From: the human T2T-CHM13v2.0 reference genome, Homo sapiens
NCBI RefSeq assembly: GCF_009914755.1
Contig: NC_060945.1
Strand: one strand, 5' to 3'
DNA length: 64,000 nt
Below the pieces are notes generated by a model. The model was not told the origin of the DNA, searched no databases, and worked only from the letters and a program-made list of their open reading frames with translations. Made by a program: the position numbers and the translations under genes. Of this stretch, positions 14,129 to 28,720 are shown one piece after another; within the stretch, counting starts at the first letter, position 1, and the number at the start of each line of letters is the position of its first letter.

Positions 14129-17100
14129 AAGAACAAATACAAATCCAGAAGATCAGACACTGAAATTCATAATAAAATAATGTTCTCCAGTAGCAATGTG
14201 GCTATAATTAAAATAGGAATCATAAGGCATCGCCATCAGAAAAATATTGCTCCCTAGTGGTGGCCTCTATTTAGGTTGGATGGAAGTTTTTAATGCCCAT
14301 AAAAGGCAGATTTATTGTGCAGATGAATAATCTCAGAAATTCAAATTTGAGAAAGATATTTTACCTAAACTATCCATTTGTCCAACAACTAAGGATTAGT
14401 AAATTATGGTATGTCCATTGTGCAACATGAAATTATTAAAAACAGTTGTTACAATATACTCAAGTGTTAATTGACTTGAGCAATGTTTATTCTTTCTTTT
14501 TAAGTAAAAACAAAAAACAAGATACAAACTTTATAGTAATAATGGCTAACTCTACGTTTAAAAATGATGATTTCTCTTGTCTGATCTATATGTTCTAAAT
14601 CTACTAAAATGAGTAGCTATTATCAATATCATCAAAATAAAATCTATCAATCTAATGTAAAAATTTAATAATTTGTATTTTGTAAATGCAGGATCATGCC
14701 AGCTTCCAAACCACATCACATCTTTCCTTCTAGAAAGGGTTCCTCCATCTTTTAATGTGGAGATTGCAATTTATGTAACTCTGAACATGCTGGGTCACTG
14801 CAGAAGGGTGCCCAGCTCAGGAGCACATTGTAGCAGAAATTTAATGTGTGCTCTGCTTAAAAAAACTGTGCAACTGCAGAGGGGCATCTACTCAAAAAAA
14901 AGCATGGGAGATAAAAGAATGCTCTTTAAAATTTCCATTAAGAAGCATCATGTGCTAACAGCAGTCTTAACAAATAAATTTTCTATGTGGAGTGGTATTT
15001 TTATTTCTGAGCAATTTATATAGAACAACTTCTGTAATACAGAAGCCCTTTTGGGGAGTAGAATTTCTAATTCAGGGGTGATGGGGATTACAGATGAAAG
15101 TGAATATCCATGGTGATTTTCAAGTCATTTGGCCTCTGGCTCTGGTGCTAGGTTTATGACTAAAGGTAGAAAATTGAGAAGAAAATGTATTTTTGAGTTA
15201 TTTGCCAACTACCCAGTCAAGACTAACCTATGTGTTTAACAGGCAGAACCACAGTCTATGAGATAGGTGGAGGAAGCCCCAAAATGAAGAGAATAGGAGT
15301 GGAAGACTATCAGCAAAAGTCTAGAAGAAATAAGGGCACCAAAAATCATACAAGTATGCAAAGCCTTAGAAAGTATTTTAAACACTGTGTTTGCATCAAA
15401 ATGATCCACTTTGGAAATAAAGAATAAATGTCTTTAAAAATTCTACCTACAGTGTTCAAAATGTTTCTTAATGTTGGCTAGCTTAACATACAGAAATTCA
15501 TACATTCGATGGCACAGTTTAAACATTTACATTTTCCAGACAATGTCTGCAAATACTCAATAAGAACATAGCATTTATTAGATTGGATATAAAATGTGAA
15601 GGAAAAGTTTTAGGGATGAATAAGGTCAAACTAGTTTTTTTTCTTCCTATAATTCTTCATCTAAGTTTGGGGAAATGTGAATTTGAAATTCATATAATTC
15701 AGTTGTAAAATATTTACATTTGTTCTCCAACACAAAAAAATGGAGACACTGCCAATAGTTGGCTCTTTAAACATATTTTCTGAAAGGAAGTGTTTATTTA
15801 AAATAATGTTTAACATTATGTACAGAATGTGAGAAAACAATAAAACCCTGCCCCACTCACAGGGATGGGTTTGATGAAAATTTTGAGAATTATGTCAAAA
15901 CATCCTCGTGTGTAAACTCTTGCCATTCTGGTTTTTTAAGTCATTTCTATACTTATTGCAAGAATCCTTTCTTAATATTTTCAACCACAGTCTGATCGAA
16001 ATTCTAAGGATGGCAAGCCAGTACCAACATGTTTACTTTCAATTTGTCTATTTTGTACAGTTTCTTTTCAGAACTTTTAGTTATTATAGGCACAACACAA
16101 AATGTTAGATGCCACTCAATAATGCATTGTACACTTTGCTTACTAAAGTACCATTTTTAAATATGTATAAATAAAAAATTGATTATAGAGTGTTTTACTT
16201 ATCATCTGGAATTCCATATCCGTCTTCAGTGAATAACATTTCACTATCTACTAACTATAACATTCTAGCATTCGACAATAATATTCAACAGGCAAAATCT
16301 AGTTCACATTTTTCTTTTGCATAAAACTCCTACAGTTTTTATTTCATTTGACTTTAAATTATATAAAAAGTGAAAGTATTGCAACGAGGTTTAACAAGTT
16401 AATGGTACATGAATGCACTCTCTCCTTTATTAGGCAAATTTGCAAAGTGGTGGAGCATTTGGCACTCTCTTCTGGATAGCAGGATAGCACTTGACATTTT
16501 ATATGCAGATGAAGTAACAGCTTTAATGAACTTTTGCCTAACCTATGCCTTCATACACGAAATAAGTAGTAAAATTTTTTCAATTGCTGAACTAATCTGT
16601 GCATAGGGAAAAAAGCCAATTTACAACTTACTACGTAATACAGAATTCCATTTCTAGTCTTGTTACTCAGTGTATTCCTACTGAAAAAGATGACTACTCT
16701 CAAGATGACTACAGTCAAGTAAAAAAAAATTTCATTTTGATTTCAAATTAAAATGTATAATGTATTCCATTAATTATTCATATGAAAAGTGACTTTGTGA
16801 TTCCTGAGCAAACAAATGAATACAGTTTTTCTTTCACAATTAACGGATAACACTTTCTAATCTTGCAATTCTTCCCATTCATCTGCATTAATTCTGGTTG
16901 TGTCAAAAGATAAGAATCATTTTTTGATCTTTAAAAAGTTGAAATATTTCAAAAAAAGTTATTATTATTGTAAAATCATTTGGTTTTTATCTGAGTTTAC
17001 TCTTTCTTCTGGTTTATCAATCAAGATACAGAATCATCCCATAACCAGGGGTCAAATTGTAGTTATACTTCTAAGTTGCCATGAGGCACATAACCAATAT

Positions 17101-17227
17101 TTTCTGCATGTTTGTACTCAATTAGACTTTAAAATTAACCTAAGTTGATTCAAGCACCTTGAATGTATAATAAAATAGTATATGTAGTGGTAATAGAAAA
17201 CAGAAAGTTTCTCTTTTCACATACACA

Positions 17228-17228
<1 letters not shown>

Positions 17229-17258
<30 letters not shown>
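17229..17258. repeat. (AC)15 microsatellite
   Basis: Direct reading. Confidence 0.95.
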
Positions 17259-17261
<3 letters not shown>

Positions 17262-18070
17262 GGTTGAAGGAAAAAGGAAGGCAGAGAGGGAAGCAGGAAT
17301 TAGACTCTTTCAATGTGACCTGTGGTAATAAAGTTCTATTTAGGGCCTCAGTTTCTCTAACTTCATTCAGTGCCCTAACACACATCCCCAGTTTTTTGGT
17401 TTATCTGTTTGGTTTTATTCATGCCTCACATCACTTTTCCTTCTACCCTCCATCAATGCAGTATTTCCATACATCCCAAGTGACTATATTTATTATTATT
17501 CCTATTCCTTAGCCTACTCCCCCTGTTCTTGCCTAATAACTCTTCCAGATGATAAAAGCGTGGAAGGCTTCCATGTACCACTTTGAATTTTTGACATTTT
17601 TATCAAACTCTATCACCATTTAATGAGAAAAAGAGGGAACAGGTCAAAAGTGAAAACCAATTTTGTAAGTTCAGGAAAGTCAATGGGAGGAATGTAAATT
17701 TTGTTTTCAAACCCAAAGAAAGTATTATTTTCTTAAAGATCAAGCTAACACATGAAATGTGAAAGGCAGCCATCACAATAATTTACTTCTAAAGTGATGG
17801 TGTTGTTAATATTTGTTGCATAATATGTGTTCCATAAGAATGGTTACTATTGACTTGATTTTCCTCACCATTAATATTGATACAATTCAGAAGTTCCCAC
17901 TAAATAGCAACAGTTAATTAAGATGAGAAGACAATATGATTGCTTCAAACTACTACATATTATATGAGTTTACATATTTTTTCAAAAAGCCAAAAAATTT
18001 AAACAAACAAAATTTACTTTTTCTAATTTAAAGTATTATCTGACTCTAAACTTCCCTAACACTGAAATGA

Positions 18071-20920
18071 TTCCTTCACTTTCAGTCTATATACATATTC
18101 ACAGGTGAGGTGAGTCTCTTGTAGGCAGCATATAGCTCAGCCACTCTATGTCTTTCAATTGGAGAATTTAGTTCATTTACATTTAATGTTACTATTGGTA
18201 GTTAGAAACATACCACTGATATTTTCTTGTTTTCTAGGTGTTTCATAACTCCTCTCTTCTTTCCCTCCTTTCTTACTGTTTTTATTTTTTTGTAGTCCAG
18301 TGACTTTTTTTCCGGTAGTATGTTTTAATACACTGCTTTTTATTTTTAATATTTTCTATTGTCTGTTTTTACTTTTTGGCTACCATGAGACTTACAAGAA
18401 ACGTTCCCTAGGTATAAAAAGTTATTTAAAACTGATACCAACTTAACCTTGATTGCAAAACACTAAGAAGAAACAAAAAAGTCAACAAAAAAGGATTGTA
18501 CACATTAAATATCCCCACATTTAGAATTTTTAATGTCATAACTTACATTTTTATAGTGCCTATCTTTTAACAAATTTGGGGAGTTATTATTTCTAATAGT
18601 TTTGTCTTTTAGTCTTCTTAGTAAGGATATACATGGTTTACATGCCACAATCACAGTATTAGTGTAACAAACACATTAGCATTTTTTTTTTTTCAGTTTG
18701 AAAAACTTCCATTAACATTTCCTATGCAACAGGTCTGTAGCAATAAACTCTCTCAGCTTTTGTTTGGGGAAACATCTCTCCTTAACTTCTAAAGGATAAC
18801 TTTGCTGATTATAGTATTCTTGATTGAAGTTTTTTTGTTTGTTTTGTTTTTCTTCAGCACTCTGAATGTATCATTCCACTCTCTCCTGGCCTGTAAGATT
18901 TCTGCTGAGAAGTCTGCTGTCATACAATTGGGTCTCTCTTATACATTATTTGCTTCTTTTCTATTGCTTTTTTTAGAATTCTCTCTTTGTCTTTGACCTT
19001 TTAGAGTTTGATTGTATGTCTTGGGGTATTCTTATTCATAATAAAGCTCATTGGTAAATTTTGACCTTCCTGAACCTGGACACTTATGTTTTATTCTAGG
19101 TTTAGGACATTTTCTACTATTTCTTTGAATACGTTTTCTATTCCTTTCAAAAAATTCTTTCTTTAATTTCAATAGACCAAATATTTGCTTTTTTGAAGTT
19201 GTCCCATAGATCCTTTCAGGTTTCTTCATTACCTTTTATTCTTTTTTTTTTCATTTTTTCTCCTCTGCCTGTACTTTAAAATAGTCTGTCTTTGAACTCA
19301 TTGATTCTATTTGATCAATTCTGCTCTTAATGCTATGTATTGCATTTTCATTTCATCCTTTGTATTTTTCAGTGCTAGTATTTGTCTCGTGTTTTCAAAT
19401 CATTTCAATGTCTGTATTACATTTCTGTGATAAATTTCTGAATTGATTATCTGTGTTTTCTTAAAGTTCACTGGGCTTCCTTAAAACAGCTATTTTGAAT
19501 TCTGTGTCTGAGAGATCCCACACCTTCATCATTTTAGGGTTGGTCTCTGGCACATAATTTTTTCTGTTTGATGACATGAAATTTCCCTGAATGTTCTTGG
19601 TGCTTGGGAACATGTGATAATGTCTGTGCACTCAGGGACTGAGTATTTATTTTAGTCTTTGCCATCTGCCCTTGTTTGTGCCTGTCCTTCTTCAGAGGCC
19701 CAGGCCTTCCAGGGATTCTAAGCAGATTGTTGTGTTCCCTGACCCTGTGACCACTGCAGCTGTGTCAGCAGTAAAAGACTCTCTAAGACTAGGCTTGTCA
19801 TCAATCTCATGAAGACTCCAAGGTTGATGCAGCTTTCTGGCCAAGTGGACCTTGGGAAGACCCAAGGAGGGTTCTGGGGCTGTGTGGGAACACTGGCCAG
19901 GCACCTGGGTCTAGAAAACTATCCCAGTGGCTCAGATGGGCATATCTCCAGTCAGGTCTCTGCACAGATGGAATTGATCCTCAACTGCAGCATAGAAGTT
20001 GGAGTTGAGACTGTGCTCTCTTGGGATCTGCTATGGGAAAGAGGCTAGTGAACTCACCTTCTTGGCTCAATGGTTATGAATCACCTAGCAGGCCCCTGCC
20101 AAGTGAGGTAGTTCCTCAATTGCAACAGGAGAGGCTGGAGCTGAAACTAGGTCCCCTTGGGATCTGCTGTGGGACAGAGGTTGGTAAGCCTGCAGAGAGG
20201 CTCAGACTCTTGGGCTGCAATATATGAGTGGGTCTCCCTCTAAGTCCCTGTGTGAGCTTCTCTGAGCTGGGACCTCAGCTGGGGTTGGGGACTCCTGTAG
20301 CTGAGCCACAGGGCAACTCTTAGGTTCACTGCCAAGTCCACTGTCAGTGGACAGACAAACCTTTCCACCAAGACCCTAGTGCATATGATTCCTTTTGGAC
20401 CCCTTGGCAGATGATTTTGATTGCATGCTCAAGGCCAAATGGGGCTGTACCCAAGCCCCTTAGAGGACTGAGCTATTTCCAAGTTTGATGTTTTTAAATC
20501 ACTTCAATCATTTTATTTTGACCTTCCTGTACCTGGATACTTATGTTTTACTCTAGGTTTATTATTTTTTTGAATATATTTTCTACTCTTTTCTAAGTTT
20601 CTTCCTTAATTTCAGTAGTCCAAGCATTTGCTCTTTTGAAGCTGTCCCATAGATCCTGTAAGTTTTCTTTATTCCATTCTATCCTTTTCAACAATAGAAA
20701 TTCCTTTCTATTCTTTTCAAATCAGGAGCAAGCTTGGTGAATCAGCCACCTGTGTGTCAGTCTGCACTCTCAAAATGATGCTCCAATGTCTTGGGCTCCA
20801 CTGGGGTTTCACAAACTTCTACCTGAATCTTGAGTTTCTTGCAGATAGACTTTTGACTCTGAAGGTGTGCAGAACTCTTGTTGTATGAGGATATGAGTAG
20901 GTTCCTTCCATTGTGCCTTT
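18071..20920 (-). mobile_element. Old L1M 5' half (5'UTR, ORF1, start of ORF2), decayed
   Basis: gtgagtctcttgtaggcagcatatag (ORF2 start, reverse complement); ctggcctgtaagatttctgctgagaagtctgctg (ORF1). ORF-track peptide 19032-19229 is ORF1-like. GC-richer UTR at 19600-20920. Confidence 0.85.
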
Positions 20921-21165
20921 TTTTATGCTCTGTGTTCTTATAAGTTGTGTGCTAATATACATTCATGCCAGTATTCTGTTTTCAGACATGGTGAGAAAAA
21001 TCAGAAAGAAAGAAACCAGCATGACACAGTTTCTTATTTGAGCATCTAAAAGAGTTTGGTGCTCCAGACAGGTAGAAACATAGACCCGCATTTCCATAAT
21101 AGTAGAAGTATTTGTGTTATTTGGAAATAGACTGAGTTGAATGCTTAGACACATCTATAACTTAG

Positions 21166-21589
<424 letters not shown>

Positions 21590-22004
21590 ACTGTTCACTA
21601 TTTGTTTATTACTCACTTTATTACTTGGTTATGTTCCTGAACTATAAGAGTTAGAAGAAGGAACTCCCTACTTGGACATGCCTCTGAATGCAAATAGCTA
21701 TCTTCTCTCAGCTACTATACTCATTAGAAGATGCAAACAACAATTTAACATTTTTTCAACAGCACAAACTTAATTTACCTTGAAAAGAAATACTGAAGCG
21801 TAAGATCAAATTGAATCATTTTAGGAACACCATTAGTATATGCCTGAAAGTCCCTGTGTTCACTCTGCTGCTTTATTTAGATGCTCTGTTGAGAGCATTA
21901 AAATATGAAAGAAAAAGATATGGTTAAGAAATATGGGAAATTAAATATCGTTAACTCATTTACTATGTGAAGTAAACTTTACAGATGGCTATATAGATCA
22001 GTAC

Positions 22005-22340
22005 TGATATATATATATACACATATATTTGTGTATGTGTGTATATATATGTATATCTACGGATATATGGAGAGAGAGACATGCAAATACACATATAGTT
22101 AATTTCACTTTTTCTCCATGGATCACTATAGTATATAAAAATAGATAAAGATTTTTTTAAGTAACTGAAAATGTCAAAACTGAAATGTAAACTTCTCTAG
22201 ATTAAAAATAATAATATAAACATATACGTATATAAAAATGTACTGTATGCATTACATGTACAGTATATATGCATATATATAGCATACATATACAAATAGT
22301 ACTATACCTATATGCATACATATGTACACTCACAAATATA
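22005..22340. repeat. TA/CA-rich low-complexity region
   Basis: Degenerate (TA)n and (TATG)n runs. Confidence 0.7.
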
Positions 22341-22629
22341 TTCATTCTGTTATGTATCTAGCAGTCTAGGAAAAAGTTTGTTAGTAAATCAATTAAAACT
22401 TGGCTTAGCTCTCTGGTCCATTATTTCTTTTAGATCAAATGGCTATTCCAGCTAAACAGAAAATGCTCCAAGCTAAGCGGCTCTTGGTGCCTGCCCACAT
22501 GAATCCAACCATCTTCTCCACCTACGTATATCTTGTCTAAATATGATTTCATCTTATGGGAAGTATGCTCTGATTTAAAATGTTTTCATGACACACAAAT
22601 TGAAGGTCATTTACTTTCATTAACTCATT

Positions 22630-24700
22630 GTTAATAGTTTTCCGAGGTGTAATTGACATGCCTTACAATTCACCCATTTAAAATTAATTCACTCATTTAA
22701 AGTAAATGGTTTTTAGTGTATTCAGATAGTTGTACAACCATCACCATAGTCAATTTGTTCTCTATTTCCCCAGCTTCCCCCCTACCCACCTGCTGATAGC
22801 CCTAGGCAAGCAGTAATCTTTGTGTCATTCTATAAATTTGTCTATAATGGATATTTCATATAAATTGAATCATACACTATGTGATATTTTGTGATTTTTT
22901 TCACTTAGCATAATGTTTTGAAGGTCCATCATGTGTCATTAGTTTATTTCTATTTATTGCCAAATAATATTTCACTATTTGAATGCACATTTAGTTTATG
23001 AATTTATTATAAACATTTGGGGTGTTTCCACTTTGGGGCTATTATGAATAATGCTGCTATAGACATTCATGTATAAGATATTCACGTGCATATGTTTTTA
23101 CTTCTTTTCATATATATATATGAAATTCCAAACTGCTATATAAGAGGCTGCACAATTTCACATTCCTACCAGTAGTGCATGACAGTTGTGACTTCTTCAC
23201 ACATGTTATCTATCTTTTTGACTATGGCCATCCTATTTGATGTGAAGTATTATTTTATTGGGTTTTTGATTTGCATTTCCCTGTCTAAAGATGTTGAGCA
23301 TCTTTTTATGTGTTTGTTAGCCATTGTATATCTTCTTTAACAAAGTATATGTTCAGATATTTTGTGCAGCTTTAAATTGGGTTATTTCTTTTTATTGTTG
23401 TTTTCATTACAAGAGTTTATTGTAAGAGTTGTTTACATAATATATTCTAGACCCAAATTTCCTATCTAATATATGGCTTACAAATATTTTCTCTTATCCT
23501 GTGGCTTATGTTTTTACTTTCTTGATAGTATCCTTTAAAGCACAAAAATTTTGAATTGATTTTTTCTTTTGTTGTTTGTGCTTTTGATGTCATAGCCAGG
23601 AAACCATTGCCTATTTCAAAATCATGAAGATTTATTCATGTTCATCTAAGAATTTTATAGTTTTAACTCTTTTATTTAGATCTTTGATACATTTTTATTT
23701 AATTTTTATATATGTTTCCAAAACATGGGTCCAGCTTAATTCTTTTGCATGTGGATCTGTACTTGTGCCAGGAGGATCCGTTGAAAAGACTGTTCTTTCC
23801 CCATAGAGTAGTCTTGTCATCACTGCCACACAGCAGTTGGCCAGAAGTGTGAAGGTTTGCTTCTGGACTCTCAATTCTATTCCATTAATCTGTGTGTCTA
23901 TACTTATGTAATATCATGCTACCTTGATTACTGTACCTTTGTAATAAGTTTTAAAGTCTGAAACCACGAGTCCTTAAATTTTTTCTTTTTGTTTCAAGAT
24001 AGTTTGGGCTATTCAAGGTCCCTTAAATTTCCATATAGATTTTAGGATAAGCTTATTATTTTTTACAAAGCCAGTTATGATTTTTGATGAGAATTACCTT
24101 CACTCTGTAGATCAATTTGGGAATATTGACAGCTTAACAATATTAAATCTCCTAATCTATGAACACAGGATGTTTTTCTACTTATTTAGATCTTTATTTC
24201 TATTATGCTATGTAGTTTTCAGAGTACAAGTTTTGCATTTCTTTTGTTAAATTCATATATGTGCTCTAATCTTTTTGAAAAATTGTAAATTGTTTTCCTA
24301 ATTTCATTTTTAGGAGGTTCGTTGCAATTGTGCAGAAATACAATTATTTTTGTAATTGATCTCTTATAATGCAAACTTACTGCAAACTTACTGAACTCCT
24401 TCATTAGTTTTAATTTGTTTTTTAGTGAATTCCTTTCAATTTTCTATCTACAAGATCATGTCATCTGCAAATGGAGATAGTTTTACTTCTTCCTATCCAA
24501 TTTGGGCTGCCTTTCCTTTTCACATTTTATTTCCTGATTGTCCTACCTAGAACTTCCAACATGGGGTTGAGTAAAAGTGATTAGGTGAACATATCTGTTT
24601 TGTTCTGGATCTTAGGGGAAGATATTCAGTCTTCCATAATGATGTATAATATTATTTGTGGGATTTTTGTGGATGCCCTTTGGCAGGTTGAGGAAGTTCA
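22630..24700 (-). mobile_element. L1MB-type 3' portion (3'UTR plus ORF2 C-terminal part)
   Basis: aattcacccatttaaa…tggtttttagtgtattca…gttgtacaaccatcacca (L1MB 3'UTR, reverse complement); tcatgtcatctgcaaa (RT FADD motif, reverse complement) at ~24460. Confidence 0.85.
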
Positions 24701-25915
24701 TTAATTCTTAATAAAGGTAAATATATTATGAAGGACAAGAGTCCAGCTGGTAACTCTCCAGTTGAAATAACAGAATAAGGGAACCAATATATTTCAAACC
24801 TAACACAATTGAGATTTTTCACATATGTGAAATCTTACACTGTGTTTGAAGTGTCTCGTTATCCTTACTTAACAAACAAGCCAAATCTCAGAAATTTTGT
24901 GTAACTTTCCCAAAATCATAAACACTGTAACAACAGCAGTATTTGACCCCAAGCCTCTTGGATTTCAAGAAAAACATAAACCAGTTTGAAATTGTGATAT
25001 TAGACTTGACTAAAATGCTTTCAATGAAAACAAAATGAGATGATTCTTTCTACTGAACCGAATAACTTAAAGATAATTTGTTCCTTTTGCTATTGTTCTC
25101 TCAAGAGACCTGAAATTTTTCCACTAAACCACAACTTCTTTAAGATATAGCTTTTACTTTTACTACTGTTACAATATAAATATTCATTTTTTTCAATCTG
25201 CTGCTTCAGTTCTTTCTGCTCCAAATGTGCAATGATATACATTTGTGGGTGAAATGAAGAAAAATATATATATTTACTACAAAAACAAGTTGGCTTTCAA
25301 TGGTGTGTCCTTTAACCGGTTTTATCTTTTCTAGTTCAAAGCCAGAGTTAATCTTAGCATTATGGCAATTTCTGGGAATTGTTAAAACACACGTATACAT
25401 ATGCACACCCACGCACACATCTTTTTATTTGACAATGGTCTTGTATTCAGACACAATACTTTCAGACAGAAGATAGTGCTGCAAATCATTTGGGAAAGAA
25501 ACACGTTTTTTTCTATTAAAAGAATGATTTTAAGTAACATATTTATATTCATGTTATTATGTGTATCTCTAAATAAAGTGTTAGCATGTAGTTTGAGGCC
25601 AGAGCACATAAATCAGAGGTCATCAGCCTGGTAAGGCAAATAGAATTTTATCAAAATGGTATTTGAGGAAGCAAATATTTAGAATTCAGTACTGTCTAAA
25701 GGTGGAGAATATTATCCTAAGGAAAAATTGCAAACAGAAGGAAGAAAAGGCAGTCTTTGTGGGCTTCTTTTTAGCTGTCAACTTTTTATGTTGCCAGACA
25801 AAAATCACATGGAGATTTCGATCTAACATATTCGCTCTATATTTGGCAGAGTCCCTTGTCACAAGCTTCCTGGAGAGAACTCTGATATGATAAGCCTCCC
25901 TCACTACTATTTTTA

Positions 25916-25920
<5 letters not shown>

Positions 25921-25984
<64 letters not shown>
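25921..25984. repeat. Compound (TA)15(TG)17 microsatellite
   Basis: Direct reading. Confidence 0.97.
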
Positions 25985-25987
<3 letters not shown>

Positions 25988-26356
25988 TATATTTCACTAT
26001 GACTAGCTATCGCTGCAGTAAATGGGAGTTGAGCATCCCAATATCTGATTAGACTACAAATGTATCTCAAAATTTATTTTTTATACTTTCAATGCTATTA
26101 AATAAGTTGCAGAACACCTAATTCACTTAGAACATACATTTCAGGAAACAATAAATTTTGATTTATGTTCCTGAAATAACATTTTATTCCTACGTCTTAA
26201 ATCAAGTATTGAGTTTCTTTCCTACATTTGCCCTGCACTGAAAATTCATTAAATTCTCATAGAACTACCCCCACAGTCTTCCATGGTGATTCAAAGTGAC
26301 TCTAGCAAAAGCCTCAGATGTATGCACTCTTTTAACCAATATTAAGGACATATTCA

Positions 26357-26518
<162 letters not shown>

Positions 26519-26969
26519 TCAACTTTTAGTTGATTCGTATCTAGAAATTATGAACATTTACCTTTTCCTTACTTTTCTGAATTTAATGCTACCAGAAATG
26601 TTTTGTAAGAAAAACATAAATTCATCATCACAGCAAGGGTAGCACAGGGCATCACTTGGAATATAACCCCAAGTATTGGGAATTTTCTCCTAGATATGAG
26701 AAAAAATTTCATCACTGAGTGCAAAGCTCCTTGATGAACAGGGCTCATCTCAGTGTTATTGACCTGTATCTCTTACGGAGTCAGATATATACCGAACAAC
26801 AACAAAAATGTTTGTTAATTGAGCTGAAGTAGCTCAGGGTTACTTTTTCTTTTAGATCTTATGTTTCTCTCTGCTGAAAAATAATATGTAGAGTGCCAAA
26901 ACATGGATAGAAAGTGGTGTATAGGCTGTCCTCAGACAGTTGTGCTAAACAAACATTTCTGTTTTTCAG

Positions 26970-27135
26970 GAACACAGTTTAAATACTACCCTATAAAAAC
27001 TTATTCTGAAAATGCAATAATGAGAGAAATGGAGAAGCTAAATTTGAAAACATGCAGAGGATTTATCATTCCAACAATTTGTAGTCTACAATTTTACTTA
27101 TCTACCAACACAAGTCCTTTACCTAAAGGAAAAAG
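26970..27135 (+). other. Candidate exon (lncRNA exon or pseudo-exon), 166 nt
   Basis: Branch-like ctaaac, acceptor tttctgtttttcag|G, and perfect donor AAG|gtaagt. No expression evidence. Confidence 0.35.
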
Positions 27136-27293
27136 GTAAGTGAAGAATGTTTGATACAATGTTGTTTTTTGCATAGAGTGAGCACTAAACAATATCTAGC
27201 ACAATAACAAATATCAGGGTAAAAGGGAAAATGGAAATGGTCATTAATCAAAGAAAGAACGGAATAGCTTTTAAAAAAGGTTGTTGAGATTGA

Positions 27294-28720
27294 AGGATGG
27301 TCTCTTCAATAAATGATGTTGGGAAAACTAGATATCTACATGCAGAAGAAATAACACTAGACTCTTATCTCACCCCGCATAAAAAATCAGCTGAAAACAG
27401 GTTATAAAGACTTAAACATAAGACCTGAAACTGTAAAACCACTAGAAGAAAACATAAGGGAAAAACCTCTTGACAGTAGTCTTGGCTAAGATTTTTTAAT
27501 ATGACCCAAAAGCACAGGCAACAAAAGGAGAAATAGACAAATGAAATTACATCAAACTAAAAAGCTTCAACACAGCAAAGAAAACAATCTACAAAGTGAG
27601 AGACAACCTATGGAATGAGAAAAAATATATATAAATGATATATCTAATATGAGGCTAATATCCAAACTATATAGAGATCTCAATTTATCAGCAATAAAAC
27701 AACCTGATTAAAAAAATGGGTAATAGACATATCTCAGTAGAAGACATACGGAAGACCAACAGGCATATATAAAGATGTTCAGCATCACTATCAGGGAAAT
27801 GCAAAATAAAACTACAATGAAATACTACCTCGCACCTCTAAGAATGGCTTTTATCAAATAGACAAGATAACAAGTGCTGGAGAGGACTGGAGAAAAAGAA
27901 ACCCCTCAACACTCTTGGTAGGAATGTAAATTAGTATAACCATTACAAAAAGCACTATAGAGGTTCTCCAAAAAATTAAAAATAGAACTACCATAAGATC
28001 CAGCAATTTCCTTTCTGAGTACACATTCAAATGAATTGAAATCAGTATCTAGAAGAGATACCTGTGCTCCCATGTTTATTGTAGCATTATTTACAATAGT
28101 CAGAACATGGATCAAAGTGTCTATCAACAGATGAATGAATTTTAAAATGTGGTATATACAAATATCAAAATGTCTAGGCTAAGACATATTCATATACATA
28201 ATGAAACACTATTCAGCCTTAAGAAAAGAAGGAAATTGTGCCATTTTCAGTAAAATGGATGGACTTGGAGGACATTGTGGTTCATAAAATAAGCCAGAGG
28301 CAGAAAGACAAATATTACATGATCTCTTTCATATGTGGAATCATTAAAAAATAGATCTTATAGAAGCAGAGAATAGCATGGTGGTTATCAGAAGCTAGGG
28401 GAGAGTGGCATGAGTAATGAAATGGGAGACATTGGTTAGACAGTACAAAGTTTCATTTAGACAGGAGGAATAAGTTCAAGAGATCTATTGTACATCATGC
28501 TGACTGCAGTTAATAACAATATATCGTATACTTGGAAATTGCTAAGAGAGTAGAATTTAAATGTTTTCATCACATAAAAAAGATATGAGGTGATGGATAT
28601 GTTAATTAGACCAACTTAATCATTTTACCATGTATACATGCATCAAAACATCATGTTGTATACCATAGATAAATGCAATTTTTCATTTGTCAATTTAAAT
28701 AGTTAAAAATAATATAATAG
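27294..28720 (+). mobile_element. L1MA (L1MA8-like) 3' portion
   Basis: ORF2 C-terminus (ctcttcaataaatg…gggaaaact). 3'UTR ggaataagttcaagagatctattgtaca…aaattgctaagagagtaga. Confidence 0.88.
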
